From Neoechinorhynchus agilis (lineage: Eukaryota > Animalia > Acanthocephala): a DNA stretch of 64,000 nucleotides. A program made the position numbers and the translations under genes. This document shows positions 62,700 through 64,000 of this stretch, one piece after another. Below the pieces are notes generated by a model, which was not told the DNA's origin, did not search any database, and saw nothing but the letters and a program-made list of their open reading frames with translations. The stretch lies in the NCBI GenBank assembly GCA_051530055.1, contig CM121342.1, positions 14,089,480 through 14,153,479 on the forward strand. The letters are read 5' to 3'. Within the stretch, counting starts at the first letter, position 1. Each line of letters starts with the position of its first letter.

Positions 62700-63990
62700 G
62701 GTGGTTATTGTTTGTGGGAGAGCTTGTGAGCTTGGTATTTCCTCAGGTTCATTTCAGGTCTCGATATCAGAGAACATTGGGAAGTATGGAAAAAGGAGCG
62801 TAGATGGAGCGAGGTCCGATGTCGATTGATGATGATACAAATTAGGATTACAAGTGTTGTGCTCATGTGAAAAGGGAGCGATATGTGGAAAAAATTGTGG
62901 TGGTAGGGTTGAGAGGCGTTTCGTTTGTTTTATGAAAATAGTATCAAGGCCTGTGCAAGTTTTAGATGCTCTTTTATGAAACATTTTAAGACGACGGATT
63001 TGAGATTTGGATAGGTTGCAAAAAACGGTATAACCGTAACTGAAGGAGGGTAAAATAAAGCTGAAATAAAATTTGGAAAGATCAGGCGAAGGGACTCCAA
63101 AATGGCGGAAGCGTTTGAGGAGATAAATTTTAAAGGTGTTGAGCTGCGAGTCCCATTTCAAATTTGATTGTAATTGAAGACCCAGAATTCTTAGGGAGTT
63201 TACTCGTAGGATGTTATTTGGAAGCTCGAGGCGGGAGAATGAAGGGATCGGAAGCATTTAGAGAAGTTCAGGTGCAGTGAATGCATTGTTTGCGATTGTA
63301 AAGATAAGATTCGAGCAAGCGGATTTGCCACAAGTTAAGACCAAAATCGGAGCAGGCCCGGAGAAGGAGTGAATGATCCACGGAGTCGAAGGCTTTCGTT
63401 AAATCAAGTTGAATGAGACGGGTGACGTGAGAGGAATTATTGTCGAGGTAACGTAGAAGCGTTTCATAAATGCGAAGTAGGACATCGATTGCAGAAAATT
63501 TGGGTTGTGTGGGTAATAACTTTTCGTTGAGAAGTGAAAGAAGGCGAGATTTAAGACATTTTTCGGTGATTTTTGAAAGAGCGAGTAGAATGGATATTGG
63601 ACGGAATTAATCGACGGAAATATTATGTCCTTTTTTGGAAGAAAGATAACTTTAACAATTTTCAGGCATGAGGAGTAGATGCCATATAAAAAGCTGTGGT
63701 TTATAATGCGGGTAAGAAGGTCGATGAGTTCGGGAATGATGTAGAGCAGAGCCCAGTTTGGGATTTCGGATCGAGAGGATGAATTTCGAGGTAATTTCTT
63801 GAAATACTGTAGTACTTCGTATGACGAAGCTAAGAGACGTATCGGCGAGTTGACAAAAGTTTCAGATGTTAGCGTGAAAGATTGTGTGGTGTTAGACGTT
63901 GAGTAGAGATTGTAATTTGAGTCAGAGCAGAGGTTCTGATTAATGGAATCTAGAACCTGTTTTAATTCAGTGGAGGACAAATTAGGGAGC
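62700..63990 (-). mobile_element. CR1/L2-group LINE, degenerate RT and 3' UTR
   Basis: It encodes LRILGLQLQSNLKWD, YLLKRFRHFGVPSPDLSKFYFSFILPSFSYGY and LTRIINHSFLYGIYSSCLKIVKVIFLPKK. Confidence 0.8.
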
Positions 63991-64000
63991 GGGTGGCGTC

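Overview
This is eukaryotic, almost certainly animal, genomic DNA: it carries Wntless, a calpain, kinesin-2, Penelope-like elements and an 18S rRNA fragment. The genome is compact, with most introns 41-61 nt long. Bases 1-9599 are about 45 copies of a CpG-rich 216-bp satellite with higher-order structure; the 63/66-aa ORFs in the ORF track there are artefacts of the repeat. The remainder holds these host genes: a kinesin-2-like motor, RPS17, WLS, a PNPLA/ATGL lipase, a calumenin/reticulocalbin, REV1, a calpain lacking the penta-EF-hand domain, METTL16, SYF2, an SMCR8-like gene and PP2A-C. Interspersed are one or two orphan ORFs, a decayed Gln/Pro/Gly/Tyr-repeat gene, an isolated 5' fragment of 18S rDNA, and many transposon relics (Gypsy, RTE, CR1/L2, CRE-like, Penelope-like, Helitron, MITEs). 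Two observations stand out. First, five intron-sized (about 46-52 nt) interruptions in four otherwise intact genes start with GT but have no GT-AG splice that restores the conserved protein (one has only a poorly fitting canonical option), and they would be resolved by GT-AA/AC/AT ends. Second, several families of minimal hammerhead-ribozyme-like plus poly(A)-signal cassettes occur; two copies are attached to Penelope GIY-YIG 3' ends and many others form head-to-head foldback elements. All gene models and alignments were made by eye from remembered homologue motifs; no searches were run.
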